This document shows, piece by piece, positions 1-13,252 of a stretch of 64,000 bases of DNA. Origin of the DNA: Eledone cirrhosa (taxonomy: Eukaryota); contig OZ024742.1 in NCBI GenBank assembly GCA_964016885.1, forward strand, positions 308,450,001 through 308,514,000. The letters are read 5' to 3'. The translations under genes and the position numbers were made by a program. The notes beneath the pieces were generated by a model. The model saw only the letters and a program-made list of their open reading frames with translations. It was not told the origin of the DNA and made no database searches. The stretch's first letter is position 1, and the number at the start of each line of letters is the position of its first letter.

Positions 1-51
1 TATTTCACGAGGCTGGATTAGGATAAATATATAAGAACCCTAGAGCAAATC

Positions 52-86
52 CATCCCGAGTAACGCTGGACGGACCATTCTGCTAG
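52..86 (+). mobile_element. Helitron-like 3' terminus (GC hairpin followed by CTAG|T)
   Basis: cccgagtaacgctggacgg...tgCTAGt resembles the Helitron 3' end at 48666-48693 (cccgagcaacgccggg...CTAAt). Confidence 0.45.
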
Positions 87-639
87 TATTATCTAACGTG
101 TTTCATTAACTGATAAACACTGTGACGTTCGACATTCATACCCCAACTTTCATATGAGGTTTGAAACCGTGTTGAAGTTAGCTTACATTTTGTTCTATGA
201 CATTTTTCCTACTCGTTGATAAACATTATCAATAAATATTATCGCCTTTAGCGTTCATATTTTATAGGTCAACCATTCTGACAATTTATCCTATGTCTAC
301 TTCAAAGACATATTATTTACTGATTGTAGATGATTTTACATTTGTATGATTATAGAGTTTGACGTTGTTTTATAAGGTAACTGATCTATCAGTCACCATT
401 CGGTTTTCTATGAGGTATAAATTATAGCCACGGAAGTGAAAATATTGTAATATAGTTATGACATATTTCATTTTACACGAAGTAAGGCTAAAAATAATAA
501 AATAGCCATTGTCAGTGTCGTAAATTTCTGTCTTGCGTTTTCGTTTGTTTATGTACATTTTCAATGAGTATTTTTATGGTATATCAGAAATTCTCGAGTT
601 TATTGAATGGACGTCTCATGTTATTTGTATCACAATAAA

Positions 640-1078
640 GGCTGTCGATTTGAAAATCGTTAGTGTATCGGGAAATGCTTTGCAGTATTTGATCCAGCTC
701 TATACAAACTGAGTGAAAATCTCACGGAGGCCAGTTTTGCCTTTTATCCCTCCACGTTCGATAAAATAAAGTACCAGTAATGCACTGGATGGATTTAATC
801 GCCTTTCCTCCTCCCCGAAAATTGTTCAGCTTCTGCCTATATCAGAAATCATTATAAAGGGCGTCAGATTGATAGAATAGTTAAAGCGTTCGGTTAAACG
901 TTTTGCAGCATTTGGTACAGTACTTTACGTTCTGAGTTCAATTCCCGCCAAGGTCAACTTTGCTTTTCATCCTTCTAGACTCGATAAAATAAAGTACTTG
1001 CAACGTTATGTGATCAACTTATTCAACATGCCCCTTCCCCGATGTAGCTACCCGTGTATCTGTATTATAAAGAATTAT
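640..1078 (+). mobile_element. Two adjacent copies of tRNA-type SINE family A
   Basis: Both carry the shared core 'gagttcaa-tcccgccgaggtcaactttgcctttcatcc...tcgataaaataaagtaccag' (B-box-like GTTCAA in the second copy). The core recurs more than 15 times in the window. Confidence 0.7.
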
Positions 1079-2597
1079 TTGTATCACAATGACAACCTTC
1101 CTCATCTAAGAGCAGATAGGCGTATGTAACCCCAGTAATCTCTCTCCAATTTATTAACAGGGGTCCCATTAATGAATTAATTTCTTACTTAGATAGAATG
1201 CTACAAATTCCAACCTATCTAACCTCGGTGAGATCTGAACTAAGAACATTAAATTACGTAAATATGACTGGGCCTTTTCCCGACAAGCCATTGATTCTGC
1301 TAATACACTTCGCTCTGTAATACATTGATTTTTAATCTTGACACTAATCTACATTTGGTGAATAAGTGTATTCGATTAAATCGATCACAGTAATATATGT
1401 TATTGACTCCAATAAAATGAAAGGCAAAGATAACCATGCTGAAATTTCAAACAAAAACACTTAAAAACAGTAACATATTTTTCCTACACTCAACGATTTT
1501 GCTAATACAATGTATTAATCAAAGAAAAGATAGAGGGAGAGAGAGAGAGGTCCACACGCCCTCTATCATCTGGCAATGTGCCAAGAAAATGGTATATGGA
1601 ATTAACAATGCATACCAGCATGTGTTAGAGGGTGTGTCGAAGGAAATTATTGCTAGATAAATGTAAAAGTAAAATAGTGGCAGAAGCAGAAAAAGAAATC
1701 CTGGAAAACTTTAACATGTTAATGATTGTTTAAGGTCGTAGATGTAAAGGGATAAGAGTAAGGTTTCAAAAGGGAAACTGACATTCGTAGGATTTAGTAA
1801 CATATCCGAGGAAGCCAAGCTCCATTAGGGACACTGTAACGGTCCCCGAGTCTGCTAGAAATGACAGCCACATCTCCTTTAAAAAAGGATGGAAGCTGTA
1901 TGGTCATAGCTGGAAGGCGTTTGGCTTCAGGTCTGATAGATTAGGTCTGACTTGTCGCTAAAAAAAGAAAAAATACCGGGGCTTGTAAACAAATGTTTAT
2001 CGGTTATGGAATGGGGAAGATGTAAATGTGTTGGATTCAATATGGAAGATTCAATATGTTGCAAGGAAGACGTGGGTGCTTTTTGGTTGAATTGTCGTTA
2101 AATGTGTAAGGGGCAAATCGAATTATAACCAACAGCATGAATATTTAGCAATTCCAAATATTCCCCGGCAAATTCGATTTCCTACTTGCGATTTATTTCT
2201 TGAGTAAAAAGCTGACAAAACAGATAAAACTAAAGTGGCTGTTTTCTAGTATGAAGTTATTTTTTCTCGAAATAATTTAAACTCCGTCCAAATCTTCGAA
2301 TAATACGTGGAAAACACGGGGGTAAACGAAGATTAATCATAAGAAGTTAAACAGCGCAAAGATTGTGAATTACAAAATGTTTGTGTATAGATAAATTATA
2401 TGAAAGATTGACGAGAATAAACTCTGAATGTCGTGATGGCATATTTTGAAAGAATTAAAAAATTAATGAAATAGATGCTAACGATGTCGGAAAGAGATGT
2501 GAGAGAATAAACGATCTCACTGGTCAGGAGTGGCCTAGGATCACTGTCATGTCTGCTACTAATGGACATTTACTGTAAAATGCAAACCTGTTAACTC

Positions 2598-2765
2598 TCT
2601 CCGTCCAATAGTGAGATCTCCCACCCACTTGGGGAGGGTGAGAGATGTCTACTCTTGTGAAAATGGAGATAGCTTTCATTATGTAAAATCTCCTCATTTT
2701 GCCTCATTTCTCCCCGTTTTGGGGCACTTATTTCATGGTAATCCTCGTTTGGGGTTTTAGTGGTT
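2598..2765 (+). repeat. Interspersed repeat, second copy at ~32575-32730
   Basis: Shared 'tctcccacccactt...gggtgaga.atgtct.ctcttgtgaaaatg...tatgtaaaatc.cctcatttt'. Confidence 0.6.
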
Positions 2766-4189
2766 GGAAGGTCTGAGAGAGAAACCTGATGACACCTTCG
2801 TTAATCAAAACTACGATGCCATGCAGTGTTTAGTTAATTTGACGGGATTGGTCCCGTAATTTGTTGTATAATTACATGCCAATTCAAACAATATGTAAAT
2901 AGCCGTTGTTTTATACACAATAACGAACGTATTAATGACAAGTCTATTATCATTATAAAATGCTACATTTTAGGATTTTGTCAATGGAAATGCTGACCTA
3001 TGTATGAGCGAAAATTCATTACAATTCTCTGTAGTTAGATACTAGGATTATGTTGTTTAGTCACAAGCCAATCCTGAGGAAATTTTAGGGGCGCTGTCTT
3101 GACATACGACATGATCGGGGTATTCAAAATCGATCGAACTCATTCCTCTCTAGTTCGCGGTTCGATTCATCGAATAACTGTATTATTCACCATTGAAACC
3201 GACCGATGATCCGCCTAAAATTTGAGATGATCCCTGATGGAATATATTTGATTATATGTCTGTTCCAGCAGTGTTTATATAGTGATAAACAACACAAGAG
3301 CAATAATATTCCTTTCTTAGGAATTCCTAGCTAATGCCACCTTTTGTAATAAAATAACGCGAAACATCTCTGGTGTGGTTATTTATTTCTACAATAAGGA
3401 AATGATTCATCTAAACAAATGAAGTATAATATGGATTTCTATCTTTCGCACATTCATTTATTTGTATTTGTATTTTGAATCGTAATTGGTGCAAATTGCA
3501 TCGTTTTTATACGCTTCCAACTTATCACTCGCTGGTTCATTATATCTCTCAATGCTAAGAGTGAGAGGTGATTGTATGAGCCTCAAATTACAGCCTACTG
3601 CCTAAACATACAGTCTATTTAGGATATCATTCTAAATACACTGTATTTGCAAACCAGAAAATAATTGACGTGATGGACACGGTAGGAATGTCTTCTAGTC
3701 ATATGTCTGCTTGATGAGAGTTGACCTGGGGTTAAACAACATCAACAATTGTCACTATTTGCGGATTATTAATCACCTAAGCGATGTGTGTACCTTCAAG
3801 TAAGGCCATGCATTAGTTATTAGGTAGTCGTAAACCTGTCACTAAGATTGTATTTATTGAACAGAATACATTTAGAAGATTATTTTTCCATTCTTCATAA
3901 ATAAACGAATTAGCCTCCATCTGTATTTGTAAACAAAAAGAAATATGAAAATGCCAAAAACGTCTATCGTAATTCGTTTATACGTTAATTTAGATGGCCT
4001 TTCATTAAGAATGATCTAAGATTCTCCTCTATCACTATGTACTTATTTCTGTTGTTTTGTTTTCCAGTAAAATTGTTATTAAAACATTGTTTAGTACATA
4101 TCATGACAAAGCCAATAATATTCAACGTAGTTTCAAACCTCTGGTCTAAATCATTTTTACGATATGCATATATATATATATATATATAT

Positions 4190-4392
4190 AGAAGTGGTTA
4201 CACAACAGTTAGTTCATAATACCGAGAAAAATTGTTTCACCTTAGCGGATCCTCAGCTCATTATGGATCCGCTAAGGTGAAACAATTGTTCTCGGTATGG
4301 TGAACTAAGTGTTGTGTAACCACTTCTACCTAACTCGTCCCATGGACTGAGTGCTCTACCACTACGGATATTATCTTCCAGTGTTATACCAC
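4190..4392. mobile_element. Foldback (hairpin + tail) element in a (TA)n tract; PLE-derived non-autonomous candidate
   Basis: ~63-bp inverted arms (4190-4252 / 4265-4328) plus a 64-bp tail, with (TA)n on both sides. A related copy with a shorter hairpin is at 52640-52751. Confidence 0.75.
4224..4259 (-). ncRNA. Minimal type-I hammerhead ribozyme motif
   Basis: Reverse complement reads gag-CTGAGGA-tccgctaaggt-GAAA-caattt-TT-ctc. The mirrored arm has the palindromic stem III GAAA-CAATTG-TT-ctc. Confidence 0.6.
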
Positions 4393-4420
4393 TATATATA
4401 TATATATAGAGAGAGAGAGA

Positions 4421-5835
4421 GCAGCTATTTCTAACACACCTATGGACCACCATGAAGTTCCCGTGTTTAGCTACTATTTCTAGCGCACTTATGGACCCCA
4501 GTGATGTTCCCCTTGTTTAGCTGATATAGCCGCTATTTCTAGCACACCTATGGACCACCATAATGTTCCCCTATTTAGCTGCTATTTCTAGCACACCTAT
4601 GGACCACCATGAAGTTTTCCCTTATTTAGTTGCTATTTCTCGCGCTCACCTATCAACCAGCATGAGGTTGCCCCTAATTAACTGATGTAGCTGTTACTAT
4701 TTCTAGCACACATACATTGGCCATCATAGGGTTCCCCTATTTAACTGCTATTTCTAGCACACATACGAGCCACCATGAGAATCTACCTATTTAGTTGCTA
4801 TTTATAATAAACCTATGGACCACCAAGATGTTCCCCCTGTTTTGCTTCTATTTCTAGCGCACCTATTTACCACTATGAGGTTTCCCATATTTACCTGCTA
4901 TTTCTAGCACACCTTTGGGCCACCATGGGGTTCCTCCTATTTAGCTGCTACTTCTAGCACATGTATGGACCACCATGATGTTCCCCCTATTTAGCTGCTA
5001 TTTCTAGCAGACATATGGGCCACCATGAGGTTCCCCGTTTTGCTGCTATTTCTAGCACACCTGTGGACGCCAGGAGGTTCCCCAATTTACCTGATGTAGC
5101 TTCTATGTCTAGCACATGTATGGATCACCATATCTGTTTCCCTTATTTAGCTGCTATTTCTAGCACAGAAATGGGCCACCATAAGGTTCCCCCTGTTTAG
5201 CTGATGTATTTGCTAATTCTAGCACATCTATGGTTACCATGGCTACACCTATTTAGCTGCTATTTCTAGTACACCTATGGACCACCATGAGGTTTCCCTT
5301 GTTTAGCTGCTTTTTCTAGCACATCTATATACCACCTTGAGGTACACCTATTTAGCTGCTATTTCTAGTACACCTATGGCCCACCATGACGTTCCCCTTG
5401 TTTAGCTGCTATTTCTAACACACCTATGTACCACCTTGAGGTAGACCTATTTAGCTGCTATTTCTAGCACACCTATATACCACCTTGAGGTACACCTATT
5501 TAGCTGCTATTTCCAGCACACCTATGTACCACCTTGAGGTACACCTATTTAGCTACTATTTCTAGCACACCTATGGACCACCATGAGGTTCCCCTTGTTT
5601 AGCTGCTATTTCTAGTACACATTGTCCACCATAATTTTCCCTTTATTTAGCTGCTATTTCTAGCACACTTATGCACCACCATGAGATTCCCCCTATTCGG
5701 CTGCTATTTCTAGCACACCTATGGATCACCATGAGGTTCCTACTATTTAGCTTCTATTTCTAGCGCACCGATGGACCACCCTGATGTTCCTCCTAATTAG
5801 CTGCTATTTCTAGGACCACCATGAAGTTCGCCTTT
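4421..5835 (+). repeat. ~50-bp minisatellite array
   Basis: Degenerate tandem unit 'tttagctgctatttctagcacacctatggaccaccatgaggttcccct', roughly 27-28 copies. Confidence 0.95.
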
Positions 5836-6440
5836 TTAGCTGATGTTGCTATTCCACTCATGTTTTCTGTTTAATTTTGGCTGGAGTTCGTTTATGTTTG
5901 TCGCCTCTGTGATTTGTCTGACCATTGCATCTTTTCTGCCTGTGGATATAATTTGTATCTCTATGTTCTCTAATGTGCCCCTATATTCTATTTTGACATG
6001 TTGGTAGAGTACTGATGAGTTTTTCCCATCCTGGAGTTCACCTATTCTTTCTCCTATGCTACGGGCTGTTTCACCTATGTATATTCTTATTCCTACCCTG
6101 TCACCCAGTACATCTTATGCTATATTCTACGTTCCTAGTTTTGCAGTCAGTTTGCGGCCTTAGTTTGCAGACTATGTATTTGCTATCAGCACAGGCGGAT
6201 CTTTGAAATGGGTATGTTTTACTAATTGAGGTTTTTATGGGAATACCTGATCTGTCAAATATCTTAATATTTAATTTGAGCTTGTCAAGGGTCCTAAATA
6301 TGTACGCTAGTTCGCCTTTAGGGGTTGTACTGACGAACATCCAGAGTTTTATTACAATAAATAAGAGGGACGGTTTTTTTCGTACATCCCTATTTTATTC
6401 GGTATTTCGAAGATGTAAGCTTGTAAATATGGCATGGAGG
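5836..6440 (-). pseudogene. Penelope-like element fragment: linker plus GIY-YIG endonuclease (disrupted)
   Basis: Translates to ...DCKTRNVEYSIRCTG*...YIGETARSIGERIGEH...SSVLYQH...RQITEATNINELQPKLNRKHEWNSNIS*, with one in-frame TGA and a frameshift. Same family as 35690-35919. Confidence 0.85.
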
Positions 6441-6572
6441 AACTGTTAATCTATTCTATATATATATATACTTCCGGACTAGATTTTATTCACTTAGATA
6501 TTAATTTTAATTTTATATATTTGTACTGTGATGCTAATGTTATAATGTATTTATAAATGGCTAATTAATTAT

Positions 6573-6608
6573 TAACCCTAACCCTAACCTAACCCTAACG
6601 CCAACCCT
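6573..6608 (+). repeat. Interstitial telomere-like (TAACCC)n repeat
   Basis: taaccctaaccctaacctaaccctaacgccaaccct. Confidence 0.6.
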
Positions 6609-6804
6609 CAATTTGTTACATTTAAATGCCAATACAAATCCAATACATGATGTGATGAATTACATTGAAACCGATAGTAATTTATATATTTGATAAAAAT
6701 CCCACTTCTTTTCAGAAAATGCTTTCTCCTTTTTACACTTCCGTGCTGTTTCCATACTTCCTTTTCTTCTATACTCTACGATTTGTATAGAACTTTACAC
6801 CCTT

Positions 6805-7290
6805 GCTAGTCCATAGGTGTGTTAGAAATAGGAGCTAAATTTCGGGTACCAAATGGTAGTCCATAGGTGTGCTAGAAATCGAAGCTAAATAAGGGAACCT
6901 CATGGTGGCCCATATGTATCCTAGAAAACGCAGCAAAACGGAAAACGTCATGCTGGTCCATAGGTGTGCTAGAAATAACAGCTAAACAGGATGAACCCCA
7001 TGGTGGTCAATAGATGTGCTAGAAATTGTAGTAAATTTGGGGAACCACCTGGTGTTCTATAGGTCTGCTAGATATTGCAACTAAGTAAAAGAACCTTATG
7101 TTGGCCACTAGGTATGCTAGAAATAGAGCAAAACATAGGTACTCATGATGGACCATATGTGTGCTAGAAAAAGCAGCTAAATGGGGGGCATCATGAAGTT
7201 CCGTAGGTGGGCTAGAAATAACAGCTAAATAGGTGGAACCCCATGGTGGTCAATAGATGTGCTAGAATTAGCGGCTAAATAGGAGGAAAA
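6805..7290 (-). repeat. Inverted, more diverged array of the same ~50-bp minisatellite
   Basis: Repeated 'ccataggtgtgctagaaata.cagctaaat', the reverse complement of the 4421-5835 unit. Confidence 0.9.
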
Positions 7291-7294
7291 TTGA

Positions 7295-7978
7295 TAGTAG
7301 AAGGGTCAGTGATAAGCACATTTTTCAAACGCAGGTAGGATCAATAGAAGTGGTTGATAGCCTTCAATATCTAGGAGATCAGATTAGCAAGGGAGGAGGA
7401 GGATGCTCTAAGGCCATAATATCTAGAATAAGGACAGGATGGAAGAAGTTTAGGGAGCTGCTTCCTCTGTTGACAATGACGGGTTACTCCTTTCGAATGA
7501 AAGGTCGTTGCATGATGCCTGTGAGGGATGCACGATGCTGCATTGTAGTGACACATGGGCAGTGGCTGCAGAGGATATGCTAAGGCATGAAAGAAATGAA
7601 GCAAGCATACTCCGTTGGATGTTCAATGTCAATGTGTGTGAGCGACCAAGCATGGGCGAGTTGAGAGGGAAACTGTTTAAAAGGAATAAAAAGTATTGTT
7701 CAAGAGAGAAGACTACGTTGGTATAACCATGTGATGCGCATGGACGATGATCACTGGGTGAAGAAGTGCCAAGAAATCCCGGTCGAAGTAAGATGCGGTA
7801 GAGGAAGACCACGAAAAACATGGGCAGAGATGGTGAGAGCTGACCTCAGATCGCTAAGCTCACAGAAGAGTTGATGAAGGACCGTGACGTATAGAGAGAT
7901 GCTGTGCTGAAGAGGACACATCCCACTCTTGCAAGCAAGGAAAAGTGGACGTAAAATGAAGAAGATGATGATGATGAT
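7295..7978 (+). mobile_element. 5'-truncated RTE-clade LINE, RT C-terminus and 3' tail
   Basis: Across frameshifts: DSLQYLGDQI...SRIRTGWKKFRELLPLL...DTWA...ERNEASILRWM...RLRWYNHVMRM...GRGRPRKTW. Ends in a (GAT)n tail. Confidence 0.9.
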
Positions 7979-8098
7979 ATATTTATATATTTATTTATTT
8001 ATTTACAAATATATTAGTAAAGATTAATGTTTAAGCAAAGAATCGCTGTTTTCACCCTATTACGGGATCTTCTGAGTAATAGGGTGATATCTATATGC

Positions 8099-8187
<89 letters not shown>

Positions 8188-8212
8188 CAAAGCTATGTTC
8201 AAATCATTTTAT

Positions 8213-8259
8213 TGCTGACATTCGTTTCTTCCAAACTATCGTTTGAAATCATCGGAGCA
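8213..8259 (-). ncRNA. Degenerate hammerhead motif 3' of the Naiad element
   Basis: Reverse complement: tgct-CCGATGA-tttcaaac gata gtttggaa-GAAA-cgaatg-TC-agca. Stems I and II pair; the core has U4>C. Confidence 0.5.
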
Positions 8260-9062
8260 TTAGCCATGTCTGTACATATAATTAACCACCTGTTCAATTG
8301 AACAATCATATAGATACATGGATATTAATGCTGTCAACAACAGTTTCGTATTTACAGAGTGGAATGGATGCGACATAGATTTCGAGAGAATTGTACAATA
8401 ATTATAATTTAAATTTAAATGTTAAAAAGCACAGAGTGGAATGCATCCGACAGAGATTAGTAAAAATATTAGAGACATTAAGGTAGAAAGTTACTCCTGA
8501 AACGAGGACACTAGCAGTATATATGCAAGCGTATAGAGAGTGCAAATGCAATAGGCATATACAGAAAGGAAACAAGCAATGGCACTAGGTATATATAATT
8601 TCTGCGAGACAAAGGTATCACATGAAACAACATATGTTTACAAGCAGGCAAAGCTGTTTTTGTATTAACATTATTAGTTTATGGTGGATGTAGTGTGATA
8701 ATTGTTTCTGTAATGTTCAAATGTGTATGTGCTGAGAGTATCAATGTTATTGCTATCTTTTCCATTACATTGGCTATGTTTTATTTTAGTGAATGTTTTT
8801 AATCAGTCACAGCCATGGATTGTATACCCGTCCTAATATATTGTTATCCGGGGTTCGAGTTGTTGTCGAGTGATTCCTCTAACGGTTTAATTTCCGGAAG
8901 TGAGTTTGATCTATATTAAGGGGAGCTAATACGAAAGGGGAGGTAACTAGCGATTACATTGTAAATAAATTTGGAAAAATGTAAAGTTGTTTACAGCTAC
9001 AGTTAGTTAAAATTCTTTGTGTTGCTATACATTATATTGCGTCATAAGTGAATCCCTTTTAT

Positions 9063-9190
9063 ATAATTGTTTCTACTTTAGGCACAAGGCCAGCAATTAC
9101 CCAGTGAATTACTGGTACTTTATTTTATCGAGCCCGTAAGGATGAAAGGCAAAGTCAACCTCGGCGGGATTTGAACTCAGATCGTAAAGG
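9063..9190 (-). mobile_element. SINE family A fragment
   Basis: tttaggcacaaggccagcaatt...ggtactttattttatcga...gatgaaaggcaaagtcaacctcggcgggatttgaactcag. Confidence 0.75.
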
Positions 9191-9771
9191 GACATAACTA
9201 TGCTAGAAACCCTTTTATATAATGCTATTTGTTTGTGTTTTATTTTAAATATAATCTATTTTACATTAAAGGTCTCATTATATTGTTATCTATCCATTAT
9301 AGAATAAAGTATATGTAATGTATAGGAAATGGGTAAGAATGTATAGTTGTTTACAGATCTAATTAGTTAAAACTCTTGTATATATATATATGAGATTCAC
9401 TTATAACATAATATAATATACATTATATTATGTTATAAGTGAATCTCATATATATATATAATGCTTTTAATTTATATATTTAATTATTAATACAATTTAT
9501 ATTCCTATACTACATTAAGTGTATCATCATATTATTATTTATCCATTCCTGAATATAATATAAGCAAGACATAGTGGTTATATTAAATGGTGTTAGTTTT
9601 ATATTTATTCCTAATAGTTATTGTACAATATAAAGTTTGAGATAAAAAGGAGTTAGGTAGAGTGATGAGCTGATCACATAGTGTGGTGCTGTGGGGGTAC
9701 TAATATGCTGATAAGACCTAGAGGTGAAGTGTTAATGGTGGTGAGGAATTCAGATCTGACATTGTTATATA

Positions 9772-12070
9772 TCAGCAGCTAGATTTAAAGCTATGGAAAG
9801 AGTATCGGTGGTAGTGCTGGCACATCGAAAAAACCTCTGATTTTCTATTTACGAGGTCTAGCTTAGAATAGATTATTGTTCGGGTCTCTAGAAGACAGAG
9901 GTTACGTAATTTATTTGGTGGTTTATACGATGCGGCCCTATCTACTATCTCCCATTGAAGTGTATATGTTCTATTCCTAGATATCAGAGAGTGTATGTAA
10001 CTGGATAAACAAGTGGAGTTGGCTAGATTGCGATTTTTGAACGTGTGGAGATGCGAGTTATACCTCGTCTGGAAGCAGTTCGAAGTTGAACCGATATATG
10101 TTTTAGAAGAGTTGTTTGTGTTGACTGTGCATGAGTAAATGATGTCTTTGGTTAAGTAATTTTTACCTAAGGGGAAAGTTCTATTTGTTCTACAGTTACA
10201 GTTATTCTGGTTGTTTGCTTGCTGGTTACTATGTTGTGTAGATGCCTGGTTGTTAGGGATAGCATTAGGGTAATGATGGTTGTCATTCCCATTGTTATTA
10301 ATTTCATTAGTGCTATTATCATTATTATTATTGTTACTAGAAATCTCTGGTACTATGTTGCCCCTTGTTGTGATTTAATTAGTTGGAAATAATTATTAAT
10401 CTTCCTTTTATTACTACTAGCTATATGGTATGCGATGTTAGGTGTAGTAGAGTAAGAGATTCTAATGATATTTTTATTGATAAGATTATGGTATTCGAGG
10501 CCGGCTGGGAAGTTCTTTTCCAGGATTTGAGAAGAAAGCCTTCGGAAAGTTGGTAGAGGCGTTTAGATTGAAAGGGGGATTGAAGAATGTATTAGTTCTT
10601 CTATTTCTGTTTTTTTGTAATGTTACTTGAGGTATTGTTTATATTTCTGTATATATTATTATTGTGGTGTTTATTCTGGTGCGAGATAAGTTTGATATTA
10701 CCCTTTGTATTAGATTTAGAGTGACTAGTACTTTTATTATTTTTCCTCATGGCTATATTGTGAGAAATAATGTTGTAACTAGGTGATTTTACCGGTAGAA
10801 ATTTAATCTCATTTTTATGTCCTGGTTTAGCTAAGGCTTCATTATAGTATTGGGAATTATTGTTAAATATGGTTTCGTTATGTGATAGATTAGAGATTCT
10901 ATTTGATATTCCTTTAGTAATTGAGTTTAATATAGATTTAGGGTGGTTAGAGTTGATATCTACATAAAGTAGTTTTTCGTTTGGTTTATGAAAGGGTGTA
11001 TATATTTGAGAGTCTAGGTAAATGGTAACATCAATGAAGTTAACGATTTTAGTGTTTTTATCTAAGGTGATACCCAAGTTGAAGTTTTTGAAAATGTTAT
11101 GTAATTGTTTCCTAGTTCTTTCTATATTAATTTATTTATAATCAATAAGAAGTAGTGCATCATCGCGGTATAAACCACCATCGAGGTAGGGTAGGTTCCT
11201 ATGAATTTCATTTAAGAGATATAGGCCGATCAAATCGGTGACCTGTGCCGAGTCACTAGACCCCATAGTTATGTCAAAGTTGTTATGTGTATCCTTGCGG
11301 GTCCATAATTGATCTTCAAAAGTAATTATGGTTTTTCGAGTCGCAAGGATGACATCAATTTCGGATCTAGTAAGGTCACTATTGTTCATTGCCATAATTA
11401 ATGCCTTATTTAATAGGATAGGGGAAATAGAAGTGTAGTATGAATTAATATCAAATTTTATAATTTTTTTATTTTTATTCTCTTTAATATTATTGAACCA
11501 TTCAATAACTTCACCAGTATTTCCCCACTGGTTAAGATATATTTTATGCTTAAATTGTGGGAAGATTCTATGTAATATTTTCTTGCTGATAATTCCAATG
11601 TCAGATTTGGAAGGGCAAATTAGTCTTATAGAAGAGTTACTATTGAACCTTATGGTTTTTTCAGAGAGAATCTTTGAGGGGGCGGGATTAGGGGTGTATG
11701 GCTGTGTATGTCTCTGAAGTCCTAATTTACACACTATACTATGGCCTTCTATATTTATATCTTCTAGGTTTTTAATAGTGGTTTTCTTATAGCTCCTATG
11801 TAGTTCTTTATATATAAATTTTCTATATGTATCGTAATCCAGGCTATATATATTATTAGTTTTATCTGCATGTACAAGAATTCTTTTTTTTTTTATTAAA
11901 TCCTTTAATAGAGGAGTTAAGATTGTTTAAGAAGGTATTGTTCCTATTATGATGTTTTTGTACCTTATATTCTTAACTAGTTTTATTAGATTATTTTCGA
12001 AAGAGTTTAATAAGGAGTTGTGCGGAGGGCTTTTAAAAGTTTTATATTCCGGCTCTGTAAAACATCTCAT
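9772..12070 (-). pseudogene. Near full-length decayed Penelope-like retroelement ORF, Naiad-type (RT plus C-terminal GIY-YIG)
   Basis: Joined across frameshifts: MRCFTEPEYKTFKSPP..FENNL; ADKTNNIY; RLICPSKSDIG; QWGNT; FDINSYYTSI; MGSSDSAQVTDLIG; GLYRDDAL; NFIDVT; SNHP; FFNPPF; ISYSTTPN; CNCR..(C>F)PLG; IIYSCTV..YIGSTS..FQTRYNSH; LCLLE; LVNRKSE..CQH. These motifs match my knowledge of Naiad-clade PLEs. Confidence 0.9.
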
Positions 12071-12239
12071 GTATTTTTCTTACTGATAATAAGGTAGTAA
12101 TAAATTACTGACCTTTCATCTTTATAGTTGTATATAGTGTATACATAACTATAAATAATATTATTATATTTCGTTTCTGAATTTGTTTAGCAAGATTCTT
12201 TATTGGCAACATGACCCTCCCAAAGTATAACAATATTAT

Positions 12240-12510
<271 letters not shown>

Positions 12511-13032
12511 ACATTTATGTAATTTTCTTTAAATGTAAAAAAGAATTGTTAATTTACTGGTCTCTAAATATTTCTATAAAGGTTTTGTATTGTTAGTATT
12601 ATCACTGAGTTAATAGAGATTAAACTGATAGAGAAAATGGGGAGACGGAAACTTTGAAATCTCGTCGAATGGACTGAACCTGTAATACAAAGAGTCAGCC
12701 TTGTCACACACTGTGTCATGTTGAATCTCCTAGTGAGTTATAGTAAGGCTACGTGTGTTGGTTGAATGCTTAGTCACTTACGTTAATTTCATGAGCAGGC
12801 TGTTCCACTGATCAAAAAGCTGGGAAACTCATCATTGAAACAGACGGAGGACCATTCTTTGTCCTTCTTTCGTTACCTTCAGATTACTTCTGGTTAAATA
12901 CATTACATTCAACATCTGTGCGTTCCCTTCAATGTCTCCTCAAGTATTTCACAATGGTGACATGAGATTGGAGATATCTGATATTTCTAGCAGTCTGAGA
13001 ATGTTTGTTGTTACTGTTGTTGTTGGTGTTGA

Positions 13033-13252
13033 GGGCGGTGGATTGGCAGTATCGGTAGAGCGTCGGACACCATACTTTGCAGCATAGACTTACGCCCCTT
13101 TATGATATGAGTTCAAATCCCGCCGAGGTTAGCTGTGCCTTTCACCCTTACGGGGTCAATAAAATAAAGCACCAGTAATGCACTGGGATAGATTTAATCA
13201 ACTTTCCACTCCCACCAAATTACTGGCCTTGTGCCTATACTAGAAATCATTA
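13033..13252 (+). mobile_element. SINE family A, near full length
   Basis: A-box-like ggcggtggattggcagtatcggtagagcg, B-box-like gagttcaaatccc, family core and tail. Confidence 0.8.

Noticed and set aside
4421-5835. CRISPR-like array
   Set aside because: The whole ~50-bp unit is homologous between copies, there are no unique spacers or cas genes, and the context is eukaryotic.
6012-6030. CTGATGAG hammerhead core on the plus strand
   Set aside because: It is the antisense of PLE codons (SSV) with no GAAA or stems. Similar lone cores at ~2786, ~43750 and ~53792 were also rejected.
9772-10200. Selenoprotein-type Naiad
   Set aside because: Cys-motif positions read C, F, Y or R codons; none is TGA in this copy.
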